Part shown: piece after piece, positions 1 through 10,306 of the stretch
Layout of the letters: each line of letters starts with the position of its first letter
Numbering within the stretch: position 1 is the first letter of the stretch
The notes under the pieces: model-generated
What the model was told of the DNA's origin: nothing
The model's database searches: none
The model's input: only the letters and a program-made list of their open reading frames with translations
Position numbers and translations under genes: made by a program
DNA from: a bacterium
Lineage (GTDB): Bacteria; Patescibacteriota; Minisyncoccia; Phycocordibacterales; UBA5272
Direction of reading: 5' to 3'
Assembly: GCA_043719155.1 (NCBI GenBank)
Contig: JAYSUJ010000022.1
Span: forward strand, 10,448 to 74,447
Length of the DNA stretch: 64,000 nt

Positions 1-544
1 TGACGACACCTTTCCCAGAACACTTTTTACACTCGTGTTTTTTTGTACCTGGTTTAGCTCCGTCTCCGCTACAGGTCTCACATTTAACATGCCTATTGTA
101 AGTAACCTTTTTGTTAACTCCAAGAAAACTTTCCGCAATTGTAACTTGAATAAGGATTTGTAAATCTTCACCACGTCTCGACCTCTGCCTTCCTCCTCCT
201 CTGTTGCCACCAAACATGTCAAACATGTCCCCCATGTCAAACTCAAATCCGCTATTTTGCCCACCAAAACCAGAAAAATCAAAGCCCTCAAATCCACCAA
301 AGCCACCTTGACTAGCACCATGAGCTCCCCCATGTTGCCCTGCAGACCCAAATTGGTCATACTGGGCTCTTTTTTTATCATCATTTAGAGTTTGATAAGC
401 CTCGTTCACTTCTTTAAATTTAGTGTCATTTCCGGCGTTCTTGTCTGGATGATGAAGATGTGCCAATTTGTAAAAAGCTTTTTTAATCTCGTCTTTATTG
501 GCTTTTTTATCAACTCCCAAAGTTTTGTAATAGTCTTTACTCAT
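1..544 (-). CDS. dnaJ: Chaperone DnaJ, N-terminal part (runs off window start)
   Basis: Manual translation from CAT at 542-544: MSKDYYKTLGVDKKANKDEIKKAFYKLAHLHHPDK (J domain, HPD motif), G/F-rich region, CETCSGDG zinc motif; downstream of dnaK. Confidence 0.95.
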   Translation of the reverse strand, partial: MSKDYYKTLGVDKKANKDEIKKAFYKLAHLHHPDKNAGNDTKFKEVNEAYQTLNDDKKRAQYDQFGSAGQHGGAHGASQGGFGGFEGFDFSGFGGQNSGFEFDMGDMFDMFGGNRGGGRQRSRRGEDLQILIQVTIAESFLGVNKKVTYNRHVKCETCSGDGAKPGTKKHECKKCSGKGVV

Positions 545-601
545 AATTTGTATAAATCTTTCTTGTCAGACTATATCAAAATACAAAGTAAAGTCAAGTA
601 A

Positions 602-629
602 AAACTGGGTAACTTTCATTGCCCAGTTT
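602..629 (-). terminator. Intrinsic terminator of cassette A
   Basis: Minus strand AAACTGGGCAAT-GAAA-GTTACCCAGTTT followed by a T run. Confidence 0.75.
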
Positions 630-650
630 ACCTTTTCAGGATTTTATTTG

Positions 651-791
651 TCATCTTTTCTTCTTGTGCCTTTTTCTTGCACGCTTTAGAACATCACACG
701 GGTTCTTATCGGCCCATACAAAGTACGCAGCAGTGCAGATTGGCGGCAACAAGACAAAGGCTCCTATTAGAAATTTGAGCACCGTGTCCAT
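651..791 (-). CDS. Cassette A: 46-aa single-TM orphan protein with basic tail (not in ORF track)
   Basis: MDTVLKFLIGAFVLLPPICTAAYFVWADKNPCDVLKRARKRHKKKR; SD AAAGGAG 6 nt before ATG; promoter TTGCAT-16-TAGAAT at 849-822; terminator 602-629. Confidence 0.7.
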   Translation of the reverse strand: MDTVLKFLIGAFVLLPPICTAAYFVWADKNPCDVLKRARKRHKKKR

Positions 792-1081
792 CCTAGTCTC
801 CTTTAGATTGAACAGTTTTAAATTCTACTCTTGTCACAAAATTATGCAAATTTTTTTGTGAGCTTGGTCGGTGCATAACCTGTAAATCTCTTGTTAAGTA
901 TGGTTTTTCTAAATTTTTGTTGGAAAAGTATATATTCTATAAACTCTTTAATTTTTTTAGTCTGAAAAACCTATATTTTATACATGTTTTTTACTTTTCC
1001 ACATAGGCCATTCTTTCAATCCATTTGTAAGTTCTATATACTTTTTATAACTCAAGAAAGTAAAGTTGAGTTTTAAAAAAT

Positions 1082-1363
1082 ATGCCATTTAGAGAACAAG
1101 ATAGAGAACAGAAACCAGTGAAGACAGTCACAACAGTTACAAGTGGGGACCGCTTTACAACACTTGCATATGTTAAGGTACTGCTAAGTGGTGAGAATGT
1201 AAATGCGGCAAAAGCAAAAATTGCATCCTATAACAGAAGTAGACCAAAAGGGATTGAACCAATCAGTTTAGATGACGTATACAAAAATGATCCAATGGAC
1301 TTTTTAAAAGTAAAGAATCGTGTTCCCCCAGATCCTAAAAGACAAACGTTTAGAAATGTTTAA
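1082..1363 (+). CDS. Hypothetical protein, 93 aa
   Basis: ATG ORF with A-rich host-type leader, followed by bidirectional terminator. Confidence 0.65.
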   Translation: MPFREQDREQKPVKTVTTVTSGDRFTTLAYVKVLLSGENVNAAKAKIASYNRSRPKGIEPISLDDVYKNDPMDFLKVKNRVPPDPKRQTFRNV

Positions 1364-1397
1364 ACAAAAAGCTGGGTCAACCCCAGCTTTTTTTGTT
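1363..1397. terminator. Bidirectional terminator between 1082 ORF and dnaK
   Basis: AAAAGCTGGG-TCAAC-CCCAGCTTTT flanked by A and T tracts. Confidence 0.8.
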
Positions 1398-1413
1398 AAG
1401 AGAATTTTAATAC

Positions 1414-3276
1414 TTAGTTCCCCTCTGGTTTTACTTCTTCAGGGCCAGCTTGAGTATTCTGTTCTCCCGTTTGACCTGCCTTACTCATCTCCTCGCCAAT
1501 TTTTTGCATGACTGTAGACAGATTATCTATTTCTTTTTTAATCTCTGTGCCGTCGTCTTTGGCTTTCACTTCATTTAATTTGCTGATAGCATCCTCCACC
1601 GTTTTTTTAGTATCTGAAGAAATTTTATCTCCAGCATCCTTTAAAGCCTTTTCCGCGATGTGTACAGTTTGTTCAGCTTGGTTTTTAATATCTACCAAAT
1701 CTTTTTTCTTAGCATCACTTTCGGCATTAACCTCTGCATCTTTTTTCATCTTTTCAATTTCTTCTTTTGAAAGTCCTGAAGAGGCTTCTATTCGTATTGT
1801 CGACTCTTTTCCAGAGGTTTTGTCTTTAGCTGTAACATTTAAAATACCGTTAGCATCGATGTCGAGTTTGATCTCAACTTGTGGCACTCCTCGTGGTGCT
1901 GGTGGTATGCCGTCAAGGTTAAAGATACCAAGCGACTTGTTGTCTGTTGCCATTGGTCTCTCACCTTGTAAAACATTTACTTGTACCGAGGTTTGGTTGT
2001 CCGATGCTGTAGAAAATATTTGTGACGCCTGAGTTGGTATGGTTGTATTTTTCTCTATTAACTTTGTCATCACTCCACCCATAGTTTCTATGCCAAAAGA
2101 CAAAGGAATGACGTCCAGTAGTAAAATATCTTTCACATCACCTTGTAGCACACCAGCTTGAACTGCTGCACCGAGGGCAACTACTTCGTCAGGATTGATA
2201 GATCTGTTCGGCTCTTTTCCAAAAAAATCTTTTACCGCTTCTACTATCATTGGCATACGAGTTTGACCTCCGACCATAATAACTTCTTGAATTTCAGATT
2301 TTGTAAACCCAGATGCATCTAAACATCTTTTAGCAATTTCCATGCTTCGATCAACAAATTTCTGAGCCAGTTTTTCTAACTGAGTTTTAGAAATTTTTAA
2401 CAACAAGTGTTCTGGACCATTTGCGCCACTTGTTATAAAAGGAATATTTATTTCAGCTTCCGGAACAGTAGAAAGCTCATGTTTTGCTTTTTCAGCCGCC
2501 TCGTCGATTCGTTGTAAAGCCAGAGGATCCTTAGAGACATCTATTCCAGAAGTTTTCTTGAACTCAGTGATAATGTAGGACACAATCTCTCTATCTATGT
2601 CGCGACCCCCAAGATGCGAGTCACCATCTGTACTTTTAACCTCAACAACATCTGCTGAAACTTCTAAAATTGAAATATCAAATGTCCCTCCGCCAAAGTC
2701 ATAGACAGCAATTTTTTGATTCTGTTTTTTATCAAATCCGTACGCCAAGGCAGCAGCTGTAGGTTCGTTTATAATACGTAAAACTTTAAGTCCTGCGATT
2801 TCACCTGCATTTTTAGTGGCTTCTCGTTGCTCGTTGTTAAAGTAGGCTGGCACAGTGATTACAGCTTCGGTTATCTTTTCACCTAGCTTGGCCTCTACAT
2901 CAGTTTTAATTTTTTGTAAAATCATAGCTGAAACTTCTTCTGGCCTATAATTTTTATCTCCAAGTTTAACCATGGTTCCTCCGTTGGCATCTTTGTCGAT
3001 TTTGAATGCAACACGCCCTATGTCTGCCGAAACCTCTTTGTCTGAAAATGCATGTCCCATATACCTTTTAACACCATATATTGTGTTTTGGGGATTGGTA
3101 ACAGATTGTCTTTTGGCTAATTGCCCTACAAGCCTATCCCCGTTTTTAGCAATCGCTACAACGGAAGGTGTTGTTCTGTTTCCCTCAATATTTTCGATTA
3201 TTTTAGGTGCTCCAGCTTCAATTATTGCTACTGCAGAGTTGGTTGTTCCAAGGTCTATTCCTATTATTTTTGCCAT
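1414..3276 (-). CDS. dnaK: Chaperone DnaK (Hsp70)
   Basis: [25 protein letters not shown] motifs; 620 aa. Confidence 0.99.
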   Translation of the reverse strand: MAKIIGIDLGTTNSAVAIIEAGAPKIIENIEGNRTTPSVVAIAKNGDRLVGQLAKRQSVTNPQNTIYGVKRYMGHAFSDKEVSADIGRVAFKIDKDANGGTMVKLGDKNYRPEEVSAMILQKIKTDVEAKLGEKITEAVITVPAYFNNEQREATKNAGEIAGLKVLRIINEPTAAALAYGFDKKQNQKIAVYDFGGGTFDISILEVSADVVEVKSTDGDSHLGGRDIDREIVSYIITEFKKTSGIDVSKDPLALQRIDEAAEKAKHELSTVPEAEINIPFITSGANGPEHLLLKISKTQLEKLAQKFVDRSMEIAKRCLDASGFTKSEIQEVIMVGGQTRMPMIVEAVKDFFGKEPNRSINPDEVVALGAAVQAGVLQGDVKDILLLDVIPLSFGIETMGGVMTKLIEKNTTIPTQASQIFSTASDNQTSVQVNVLQGERPMATDNKSLGIFNLDGIPPAPRGVPQVEIKLDIDANGILNVTAKDKTSGKESTIRIEASSGLSKEEIEKMKKDAEVNAESDAKKKDLVDIKNQAEQTVHIAEKALKDAGDKISSDTKKTVEDAISKLNEVKAKDDGTEIKKEIDNLSTVMQKIGEEMSKAGQTGEQNTQAGPEEVKPEGN

Positions 3277-3360
3277 ATGTTTTTTTGTATTAAATTTTCT
3301 ATTTAATTATTTTTTTGATAATGTACAATCTATAATCTATTTTCAATTTCTTGTCAAGCT

Positions 3361-3921
3361 TTATTTAAAAATGTAAATTTTTACTTTTGCTTCTCGCAAT
3401 TGTTTACCATTCAGATCATAACCACTTTGGATAATTTCAGAAACAGTATGGTCTTTTGTCTCATCGTCTGCCTGCACCTCTTCAACTGCATGCATGGTGT
3501 TTACGTCAAATTTGTCACCTACTTTTGGTTCTATTTTTTTTAATCCTGCATTCTCACAAGTTGTTGTCAATTGCTGAAAAATGTATTCCACACCCATTCT
3601 CCAGTTTGCCTCCACCTTTTCCCAAGTAGTTACGTTCTTTCTTGCCATGCCGTAACTATCTAAAACAGGTATTAAGTCCTCCAAAAGATTAGCTGCTGCG
3701 CCTCTGTAAATCTCCAGTTTTTCAACCTGCATTTGCTTGTCCTTATTTACCAACTCTGCTCTAGCTCTTTGCCATCCGTCCAAGTTTATTTTAGATTCTT
3801 CTGCCTTTTCTTTTAGTTGCATTCTCAAATCTTTTACTTTTTCTTGTAAAGTTTTCTCATCCCCAGCTTCAGTTGTTTCCTCAAACTCCAAAACCTCATC
3901 TGTGTTTTCTTCTTTTTTCAT
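3361..3921 (-). CDS. grpE: Nucleotide exchange factor GrpE
   Basis: N-terminal coiled coil, FDVNTMHAV and QSGYDLNGKQLREAKV motifs; upstream of dnaK. Confidence 0.95.
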   Translation of the reverse strand: MKKEENTDEVLEFEETTEAGDEKTLQEKVKDLRMQLKEKAEESKINLDGWQRARAELVNKDKQMQVEKLEIYRGAAANLLEDLIPVLDSYGMARKNVTTWEKVEANWRMGVEYIFQQLTTTCENAGLKKIEPKVGDKFDVNTMHAVEEVQADDETKDHTVSEIIQSGYDLNGKQLREAKVKIYIFK

Positions 3922-3937
3922 AGTTGTATATGTGCTG

Positions 3938-3965
3938 ATTATAGTTAAAAAAAACTATTTGTCAA
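3938..3965 (-). promoter_or_regulatory. Consensus sigma70 promoter of grpE-dnaK
   Basis: Minus strand TTGACA-(A/T-rich spacer)-TATAAT just upstream of grpE ATG. Confidence 0.75.
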
Positions 3966-4034
3966 CAATTTACAACTTGGGAATCTATTGCCTTTAAAAT
4001 CAATTAATATATACTTTAAAAGAACAACAAACAT

Positions 4035-4574
4035 ATGCAAGAAAAACTTTCTTTGAAAAATATCTTAATAACAATTGTTCTAATGACAATTCTTTTTTCT
4101 GTCTCACTTTTCACTTATAATAAATACAGTAGTTCCGAGTCGTCCATAGCCTACACTGGTTTAGGTCAAAGTTCTGATCAAAACGAGTATGTGGTAAAGA
4201 GAGACATAGTTGTTACCTCTGCAATTTTAAACTCAGATAAAATAGAATTTGTTCAAAGGAAAATAACAGGAGGTGGTGTTAACCCTGGTTGGGTAATCTC
4301 TCTTTTGGAAACTCAGCCTAATGTATTCACTGGTAGAGTAATTGTTGATGACGGAGTCTACCAGCACCCTGTTACAGTCAAAGAAGAAGTGACTAACATA
4401 TTTGTCGGCGAGATGAAAAGTAAAGATGGAAAAAAGGAAACATTTTCAATGAAAAAAAGCCTGCAGAACTGTAAAGATGAGGAAAAAAATCTTTTTGAGT
4501 ACTCTTTGACCGGTACTTATGGGGCTACACAGTTCTTGGGTTGTGGAGGCAATATTTTATCGGAAGGGATTTAG
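4035..4574 (+). CDS. Membrane-anchored exported protein, COG3650-like
   Basis: N-terminal TM; GVNPGW..L and C.D...GCG patterns recall COG3650 (from memory). Confidence 0.5.
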   Translation: MQEKLSLKNILITIVLMTILFSVSLFTYNKYSSSESSIAYTGLGQSSDQNEYVVKRDIVVTSAILNSDKIEFVQRKITGGGVNPGWVISLLETQPNVFTGRVIVDDGVYQHPVTVKEEVTNIFVGEMKSKDGKKETFSMKKSLQNCKDEEKNLFEYSLTGTYGATQFLGCGGNILSEGI

Positions 4575-4589
4575 TTTGTCTATTTACTT

Positions 4590-6053
4590 TTACAGCTTGA
4601 ATAAAAATCTCAACATCTTTGACTTAAGTGGCGTGAGTTTCTCAGACATGTATTGAAAAGTTCCACGAGGGTTCAGTTCTGATAGAGTTGGGTAGGCGTG
4701 GACAGTTTCAAAAATACTTTCCACTGGCAAATTGTTTTCCATGGCAAGTACCCACTCGGTTATGAGTTCACCTGCATGAGGAGCAACAATTGTAACCCCT
4801 AGAATTTTTCCACCTCGCTTGTACCACTTATTTTTACCAACCAAAACTTGTATAAATCCTTCTGCCTCTGTTCCACCTGCCTTTGCTCTGTCTACATGTT
4901 CTAGTCTTGTAGTAAAAGATTTAAAATCTATCTTCATATCAACCAGGTCTTTTTGACTTGAACCCACATGGGCCACTTCAGGAAAAGTGTATGTAACCCA
5001 AGGAAATGCATTAGGCTGTGCTTTTTTCTTTAACCAAGGCATGAGAAAAGAAATAAATTTTGGAACAAATAAATTATTCAAAACGGCCCTTGCTTGATAA
5101 CCTGCTGCATGAGTAAACATGAGCTTTCCATTGCAATCACCAATAGCGTAAACTCTTTTATTTGTTGTTTGAAGATAGTCATTTATCTCTATTCCTCTTT
5201 CTGTAAATTTAATATTTGCTTTGTCTAAAGCTAGGTCTAGATTTAGGTCACGACCTACAGCTACTAAAAGTTCTTCGGATTTTAAAATAATCCCATTTTC
5301 AAGTTCGACACATTTTTCGCCGTCTAGTTCGAATACTTTTTTTATTTCTGCGTTTGGAAATATCTCAATTCCAAGTTTCTTTAATTTCTCTGTCATAAAC
5401 TGCCTAGTCTCCAGTTCTTCTCTTGCCATAACTAAGTCCTCTTTCAAAATCATTTTCACTCTAGTCCCAAAACAAGAAATGGCAGTTGCCATTTCCATGC
5501 CTATACTCCCTCCGCCTACTACAGTCATGGTTTTTGGTAGTTTTGGTAAGTCAAAAAATTGCTCGTTTGTAACAAATTTAACACTGTTAAAAATTTCTGG
5601 TATTCTAGGCTTGGATCCAGTCGCAACAATACACTTTTTAAATTTAAAATAAACCTCTTTATTGTTTGTCTTTTCTAAAACGATAATTTTATTTTCTGAG
5701 TAAAATTTAGCTTCACCAATTATTACATCGCAACCTAAATTTTGAAACCTATCTACACTGTCTGTCTTAGCTATCTCCTCTTCCACCATTTTAATTCTCT
5801 TTTTTGCTTCCTCAAAATGTTTAGAAAAATCTACATCTACCTTTTCATCGACAAATTTTTCTTCTCTAATTATCAACATTTTTTCTGCCTCGTGGATAAG
5901 TGTTTTAGATGGGATGCAGCCATTCCAAAGACAGTCTCCACCAAGTTTATTTTTCTCTAGTAATAAAACTTTTAATCCAAGTTTTGCAGCTCCTGCGGCG
6001 GCCGACAAGCCACCGCTCCCCGCCCCGATAATAACTAAGTCATATTTTTTCAT
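4590..6053 (-). CDS. Class I pyridine nucleotide-disulfide oxidoreductase (mercuric reductase/Lpd-like)
   Basis: GAGSGG FAD motif, GGDCLWNGCIPSK redox disulfide, GGGSIG NAD(P) motif, HAYPT. Confidence 0.9.
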   Translation of the reverse strand: MKKYDLVIIGAGSGGLSAAAGAAKLGLKVLLLEKNKLGGDCLWNGCIPSKTLIHEAEKMLIIREEKFVDEKVDVDFSKHFEEAKKRIKMVEEEIAKTDSVDRFQNLGCDVIIGEAKFYSENKIIVLEKTNNKEVYFKFKKCIVATGSKPRIPEIFNSVKFVTNEQFFDLPKLPKTMTVVGGGSIGMEMATAISCFGTRVKMILKEDLVMAREELETRQFMTEKLKKLGIEIFPNAEIKKVFELDGEKCVELENGIILKSEELLVAVGRDLNLDLALDKANIKFTERGIEINDYLQTTNKRVYAIGDCNGKLMFTHAAGYQARAVLNNLFVPKFISFLMPWLKKKAQPNAFPWVTYTFPEVAHVGSSQKDLVDMKIDFKSFTTRLEHVDRAKAGGTEAEGFIQVLVGKNKWYKRGGKILGVTIVAPHAGELITEWVLAMENNLPVESIFETVHAYPTLSELNPRGTFQYMSEKLTPLKSKMLRFLFKL

Positions 6054-6080
6054 ATACAAACTAGTTTAACATCTTTTACT

Positions 6081-7328
6081 TTATTTGCTATTTTTGTAAA
6101 ACTTTTCACAAAATTCCTTTTTAAAATTAAAAAAATTATCTTCTAATATTGATTGCCTTATTTTCTCTACGAGAGAGATTAAGAAATATAAATTATGTTC
6201 CGAAACTAAAATAGCCCCCAGCATCTCGTCACTTCTAAATAAATGGGCGATGTAAGCATGTGAGTACGGGTAGAGTGGCGAATTTATATCTGTAGTTATT
6301 TTACTAAAGTCTGTTTTATATTTCGAGTTTTCAATATTTATTTTTCCATTTTCTGTGAAAATCTGACCATGTCTAGCGATTCTAGTTGGGATAACGCAAT
6401 CAAAAGTATCTACGCCGTACTCAACCCCTAAGAAAAAATCTATAGGTTCACCTATACCTAAAAGATGTCTGGGTTTATTTTCAGGCAAAACTTCCGTGAC
6501 ACTTTTCACTGTTTTATCCATGTCTTCTTTTGTAAAACTACCACCGATACCAAAACCATCAAAATCCATTTTTGATAGAATTTCTGCTGATTCTTTTCTT
6601 AAATCTTCGTACCCTCCACCTTGGACTACTGCAAACAAAGCTTGTTGCTCACCTGTTGCACTACTTACACCCAACTTTTTATGTTCATCGACACATCTTT
6701 TTGCCCAACGATGTGTTCTGTCCATTGCAGCAATTTGGTATTCACGAGTTGCAAGTGGTGAGGTGCATTCGTCAAAGGCAAAAAAAATATCTGCACCAAG
6801 CTTATGTTGTATCTGCATTGATACTTCTGGGGTGAATCTGTGTGTTGAGCCATCAATAAAACTCTTAAAAGTGACACCTTCCTCATCAACTTTTGCCATT
6901 TGTTCTTTTGTCGACTTAACAACCTTGTCCAGCATGCTTTGCTTTTCCTCAGCTATTTTTTTACTAGTCGCAATTTTAGTAACTCCAGAGTTAAAAGCCG
7001 CACCCAAACTTAGTACTTGAAACCCGCCAGAGTCCGTCCATGTTGGGCCAAAATAATTCATAAATTTTCCGAAACCACCGGCTTGCTCAACAATCTCCAT
7101 ACCAGGTTGTAAATAGAGGTGATAAGTATTTGCTAAAATACTTCGGCTACCAATTTTTTCTAATGAGGAGACCTGTACACCTTTAACTGTGGCTTTGGTC
7201 CCTACTGGTACAAAACAAGGTGTTAAAATATCTCCGTGTGGAGTAATTATTCTACCTGCTCTAGCTAAAGCTGCTTCAAAGCTTTTTTTTTGTATCTTAA
7301 ATGAGAATTCTTTATTTTTATTTTGCAT
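6081..7328 (-). CDS. tgt: tRNA-guanine transglycosylase
   Basis: ANTYHL, TDSGGFQ, HLLGIG, FDCVIPTR motifs. Confidence 0.97.
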   Translation of the reverse strand: MQNKNKEFSFKIQKKSFEAALARAGRIITPHGDILTPCFVPVGTKATVKGVQVSSLEKIGSRSILANTYHLYLQPGMEIVEQAGGFGKFMNYFGPTWTDSGGFQVLSLGAAFNSGVTKIATSKKIAEEKQSMLDKVVKSTKEQMAKVDEEGVTFKSFIDGSTHRFTPEVSMQIQHKLGADIFFAFDECTSPLATREYQIAAMDRTHRWAKRCVDEHKKLGVSSATGEQQALFAVVQGGGYEDLRKESAEILSKMDFDGFGIGGSFTKEDMDKTVKSVTEVLPENKPRHLLGIGEPIDFFLGVEYGVDTFDCVIPTRIARHGQIFTENGKINIENSKYKTDFSKITTDINSPLYPYSHAYIAHLFRSDEMLGAILVSEHNLYFLISLVEKIRQSILEDNFFNFKKEFCEKFYKNSK

Positions 7329-7354
7329 TTAGAAAAGATTATATCACACTAGGG

Positions 7355-7597
7355 TTACCTTAAATATTTCTCTAATTTACTTTTTAATCTTAAATAAATC
7401 TTTAAAATTTCTGGATATCGCTTTAGGAAAGTTTCGATTTTTTCTTCTACCCAAGGTACCTCAAAAGAAATGAGGATTAGAGCCACCGCAAAGAAGACAG
7501 CTTGGGGTACAAGGGGTAAGGCCAAGCCAATAAAACCTAAAGCTAGAAAAATAATAATTAAAATATAAATAAAACTTTTCTTAATGTAAATTTTCAT
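7355..7597 (-). CDS. Small membrane protein (DUF454/PGPGW-like)
   Basis: LGFIGLALPLVP hydrophobic hairpin. Confidence 0.6.
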   Translation of the reverse strand: MKIYIKKSFIYILIIIFLALGFIGLALPLVPQAVFFAVALILISFEVPWVEEKIETFLKRYPEILKIYLRLKSKLEKYLR

Positions 7598-8805
7598 TAG
7601 ATTTTATAAGTTAAGACAGTTTTTGCAACTATTTTGTGAACTTTTATATCCAATGTAGAAGGCAAAATACATTCAGCCGTTGGTTTTACTATCTTAGCTA
7701 TAGCCTCAGCGCATTTTATAAAAAGTTTATTATCAAATTTGTTTGCATTTACAATGTTCTTGCTTTGTCGGTCGAGCATTCCTCTCCAAAAACCTGGAAA
7801 GAATATCGAGTTATTGATTTGGTTTGGAAAGTCACTACGACCAGTTCCGACAACTTTTGCTCCTCCTTTTTTCGCTTCATCAGGCATAATTTCCGGACTA
7901 GGGTTTGCTAAAGCGAAGATAATGGGGTCACGCTTCATCTTTGCTACATCATGCGAGTCAAACTGATTTGGCTTTGAAAGACCAATTACAACATCAAAAT
8001 TATGCATATTATCCTTAAGTGAACCAGAGACATTTAAAGTGTTTTGTCTTAACAAATCTTTTTTTTGTGTATTCAAGTCAGTTCTTTTGCTGTCAATTGC
8101 CCCTTTGGTATCGAAAACAGTTAAATTTTTTACTCCAAATATTTCTAAAAGTTTTGCTGTGGCAATTCCAGCAGCACCGGCACCAACAAGAGCGACGGAG
8201 ACTTCGGAACTTCTTTTTTTAACAACTTTTAATGCGTTAATAAGAGCTGCAATAGTTACTGTTGCAGCTCCCCACTGATCATCATGCATTACAGGAATTG
8301 AAAGCTCTGATCTCAATCTTTCCTCTATCTCAAAACACCTTGGGGCAGAGATGTCCTCCAGGTTTATTCCACCAAAAGTAGATTGTATGTTTTTAACAAT
8401 TTTTATAATCTCCTCTGTGTCCTGGCTTTCGATGCAAATTGGAAAGGCATCCACATTTGCAAATTGCTTCATTAAAACACTTTTACCTTCCATTACAGGT
8501 ATCGCCCCACTAGCGCCAATATTCCCCAGTCCCAAAACTGCTGAACCGTCTGAAACGACGGCTACTGTGTTTTTCTTTAATGTATATTTTTTTGCACTTT
8601 CAATGTTCTTGTTTTTATCATTAAAAATCTGCATGCAAACAGCTGCAACCCCTGGTGTGTAAGCCACGGATAAATCATCATTATTTTTTAGCTTAAACTT
8701 AGAAGTTAGTTCCAGTTTCCCGCCAAATTTTAAATGGGCTTGCAGGGAAAGTTCTGAATAATCTTTTTTGTTTATGGACTGGCTACTCTTTATGTTTTTT
8801 TTCAT
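7597..8805 (-). CDS. NAD(P)-dependent malic enzyme
   Basis: AYTPGVA, VSDGSAVLGLGNIG, INLEDI, HDDQWG, GAGAAG, GRSDFPNQINN; start placed at MKKNIK. Confidence 0.93.
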   Translation of the reverse strand: MKKNIKSSQSINKKDYSELSLQAHLKFGGKLELTSKFKLKNNDDLSVAYTPGVAAVCMQIFNDKNKNIESAKKYTLKKNTVAVVSDGSAVLGLGNIGASGAIPVMEGKSVLMKQFANVDAFPICIESQDTEEIIKIVKNIQSTFGGINLEDISAPRCFEIEERLRSELSIPVMHDDQWGAATVTIAALINALKVVKKRSSEVSVALVGAGAAGIATAKLLEIFGVKNLTVFDTKGAIDSKRTDLNTQKKDLLRQNTLNVSGSLKDNMHNFDVVIGLSKPNQFDSHDVAKMKRDPIIFALANPSPEIMPDEAKKGGAKVVGTGRSDFPNQINNSIFFPGFWRGMLDRQSKNIVNANKFDNKLFIKCAEAIAKIVKPTAECILPSTLDIKVHKIVAKTVLTYKI

Positions 8806-8857
8806 ATATAAATATAGTATATCCAAATTTAAAAATTAAGAAAACTTTACAAATTCA

Positions 8858-9280
8858 CTAATAGTTGTAGCCTCCGTAATAATCATTTTTCCTAAAAAAC
8901 CTGGAGGTAAAGAACATGTAGAGTAAGAAAATCATAAAAGGGTAAAAAGTTATCACATAACTACACAGAAATCTAAACAAAAGAACTATGTAATCTGTGA
9001 TGGTCCACAAAACTGAAGCTGCTCCATTGGTTCTCTGCAACTTTAAAACCAGTAAGTCATCTTGCCTTTCAAAAAAATTATAGCCACCAATTCGCACATT
9101 TTCTAAAGAATCCAGAAAAGTACTTGGCGCAGTTTCGGTCACTTGACTGCCCTCTTCAGTAACAATGTTTACTAGCGACAACAGACTTTTTCTAGCTTGT
9201 CTCTCAAGCCCCGTGTCGCTTATGGTTAAAATAACTGAAATTAATAGAAAAACAAATGTAAGTCTTTTGTAATTAAACAT
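8858..9280 (-). CDS. Hypothetical membrane protein
   Basis: N- and C-terminal hydrophobic segments; leaderless TGaTATAAT-6-ATG. Confidence 0.7.
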   Translation of the reverse strand: MFNYKRLTFVFLLISVILTISDTGLERQARKSLLSLVNIVTEEGSQVTETAPSTFLDSLENVRIGGYNFFERQDDLLVLKLQRTNGAASVLWTITDYIVLLFRFLCSYVITFYPFMIFLLYMFFTSRFFRKNDYYGGYNY

Positions 9281-9382
9281 ATGGAAATTATATCAGTTTT
9301 CTTTTAAAAAGCGTTGAAAATTAATAATTTTTGGGGAAAAATAACCATTGACATTTTTGTAATATAGTGTTATATTGTTGAA

Positions 9383-10306
9383 ATGAGTAAGTATGTAACA
9401 GATGGAAAAAATAAGGAGATAGTTGGACTTTGTTTAATAATAATTTTTTGTATTGCTGCCAGAGTTCTACCTTTCGGTCTGATTGGCATAATTGTTCCAC
9501 TCCTAATGCTTGCGTTAGTGGCTTTTTATTTTTTTAAATATGTAGACAACGAGTTTGCATCTACCAATTTAATTAAGACAAAACCTGTTGTAGAATTTTC
9601 ATGGGGATACGTAAAGTCTGATGTACCAAAGCTAAATACTCTGGTATTGCTAGATTTTTTGAAAGCTAAAGACTTTTCTTTCTATAAGAATTTCCTAAGT
9701 TTGAACTTAATAAATCTTGTTTTTATTCTTTTTGTGTTCGGAGACTTTATTTTGGTATTTAAAAATTTAAGTTTTGAAGAGTCCGGAATTTATTTTATGT
9801 TCTCAATTTTTACAAAATTTGTTTTCGTTGGTTATTTCTTGTTGAGAAAAAACATGCAAGTAATTGAAGGAGAGTCTACCGTTGATGATAAGGAATTGAA
9901 AGTTCTGGATATTTTCTATAAACACGTAAATGGTATGATCTCGCTTTTCCTTGTGCTCTTCTTCTCTTTTTTTGTTTTAGCAAAATACATTATAGAGATT
10001 TTCTTTGGCAATCCATACGCACTTTACCAATCTTCTTTACCTTTTGTATTGGCTGCCAACTCCGCTTTAGTTATAGCTTTTTGTGTATATTTAACTGCAA
10101 ACATGATAAATAAAGAAGTGACCGCAAAAGTCATGAAGGTATTTGCTACATTTCTGACAATCTTTTTTGTGTTTATGCCTATAAATTACATTGACACTGT
10201 GACTTATTTTATAACAGGTTCGTCTTTAATCTTATCGATATTTTTGTACAACCTTGTAATTAAGAAACCTTCTTACATTGAGCACACCTACAACCTGACT
10301 TTTTAA
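9383..10306 (+). CDS. Polytopic membrane protein (C-terminal half weakly flippase-like)
   Basis: About 8 hydrophobic segments; leaderless TGtTATATT-6-ATG. Confidence 0.65.
   Translation: MSKYVTDGKNKEIVGLCLIIIFCIAARVLPFGLIGIIVPLLMLALVAFYFFKYVDNEFASTNLIKTKPVVEFSWGYVKSDVPKLNTLVLLDFLKAKDFSFYKNFLSLNLINLVFILFVFGDFILVFKNLSFEESGIYFMFSIFTKFVFVGYFLLRKNMQVIEGESTVDDKELKVLDIFYKHVNGMISLFLVLFFSFFVLAKYIIEIFFGNPYALYQSSLPFVLAANSALVIAFCVYLTANMINKEVTAKVMKVFATFLTIFFVFMPINYIDTVTYFITGSSLILSIFLYNLVIKKPSYIEHTYNLTF

Noticed and set aside
862-1081. Replication origin or hidden ORF in the AT-rich gap
   Set aside because: Only one imperfect DnaA box (TTTTCCACA), no box cluster, and the minus-strand ATG frames checked close within a few codons.
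545-3970. CIRCE operator for the grpE-dnaK-dnaJ genes
   Set aside because: No TTAGCACTC-N9-GAGTGCTAA found; only a partial TCAGCAC after the grpE -10 box.
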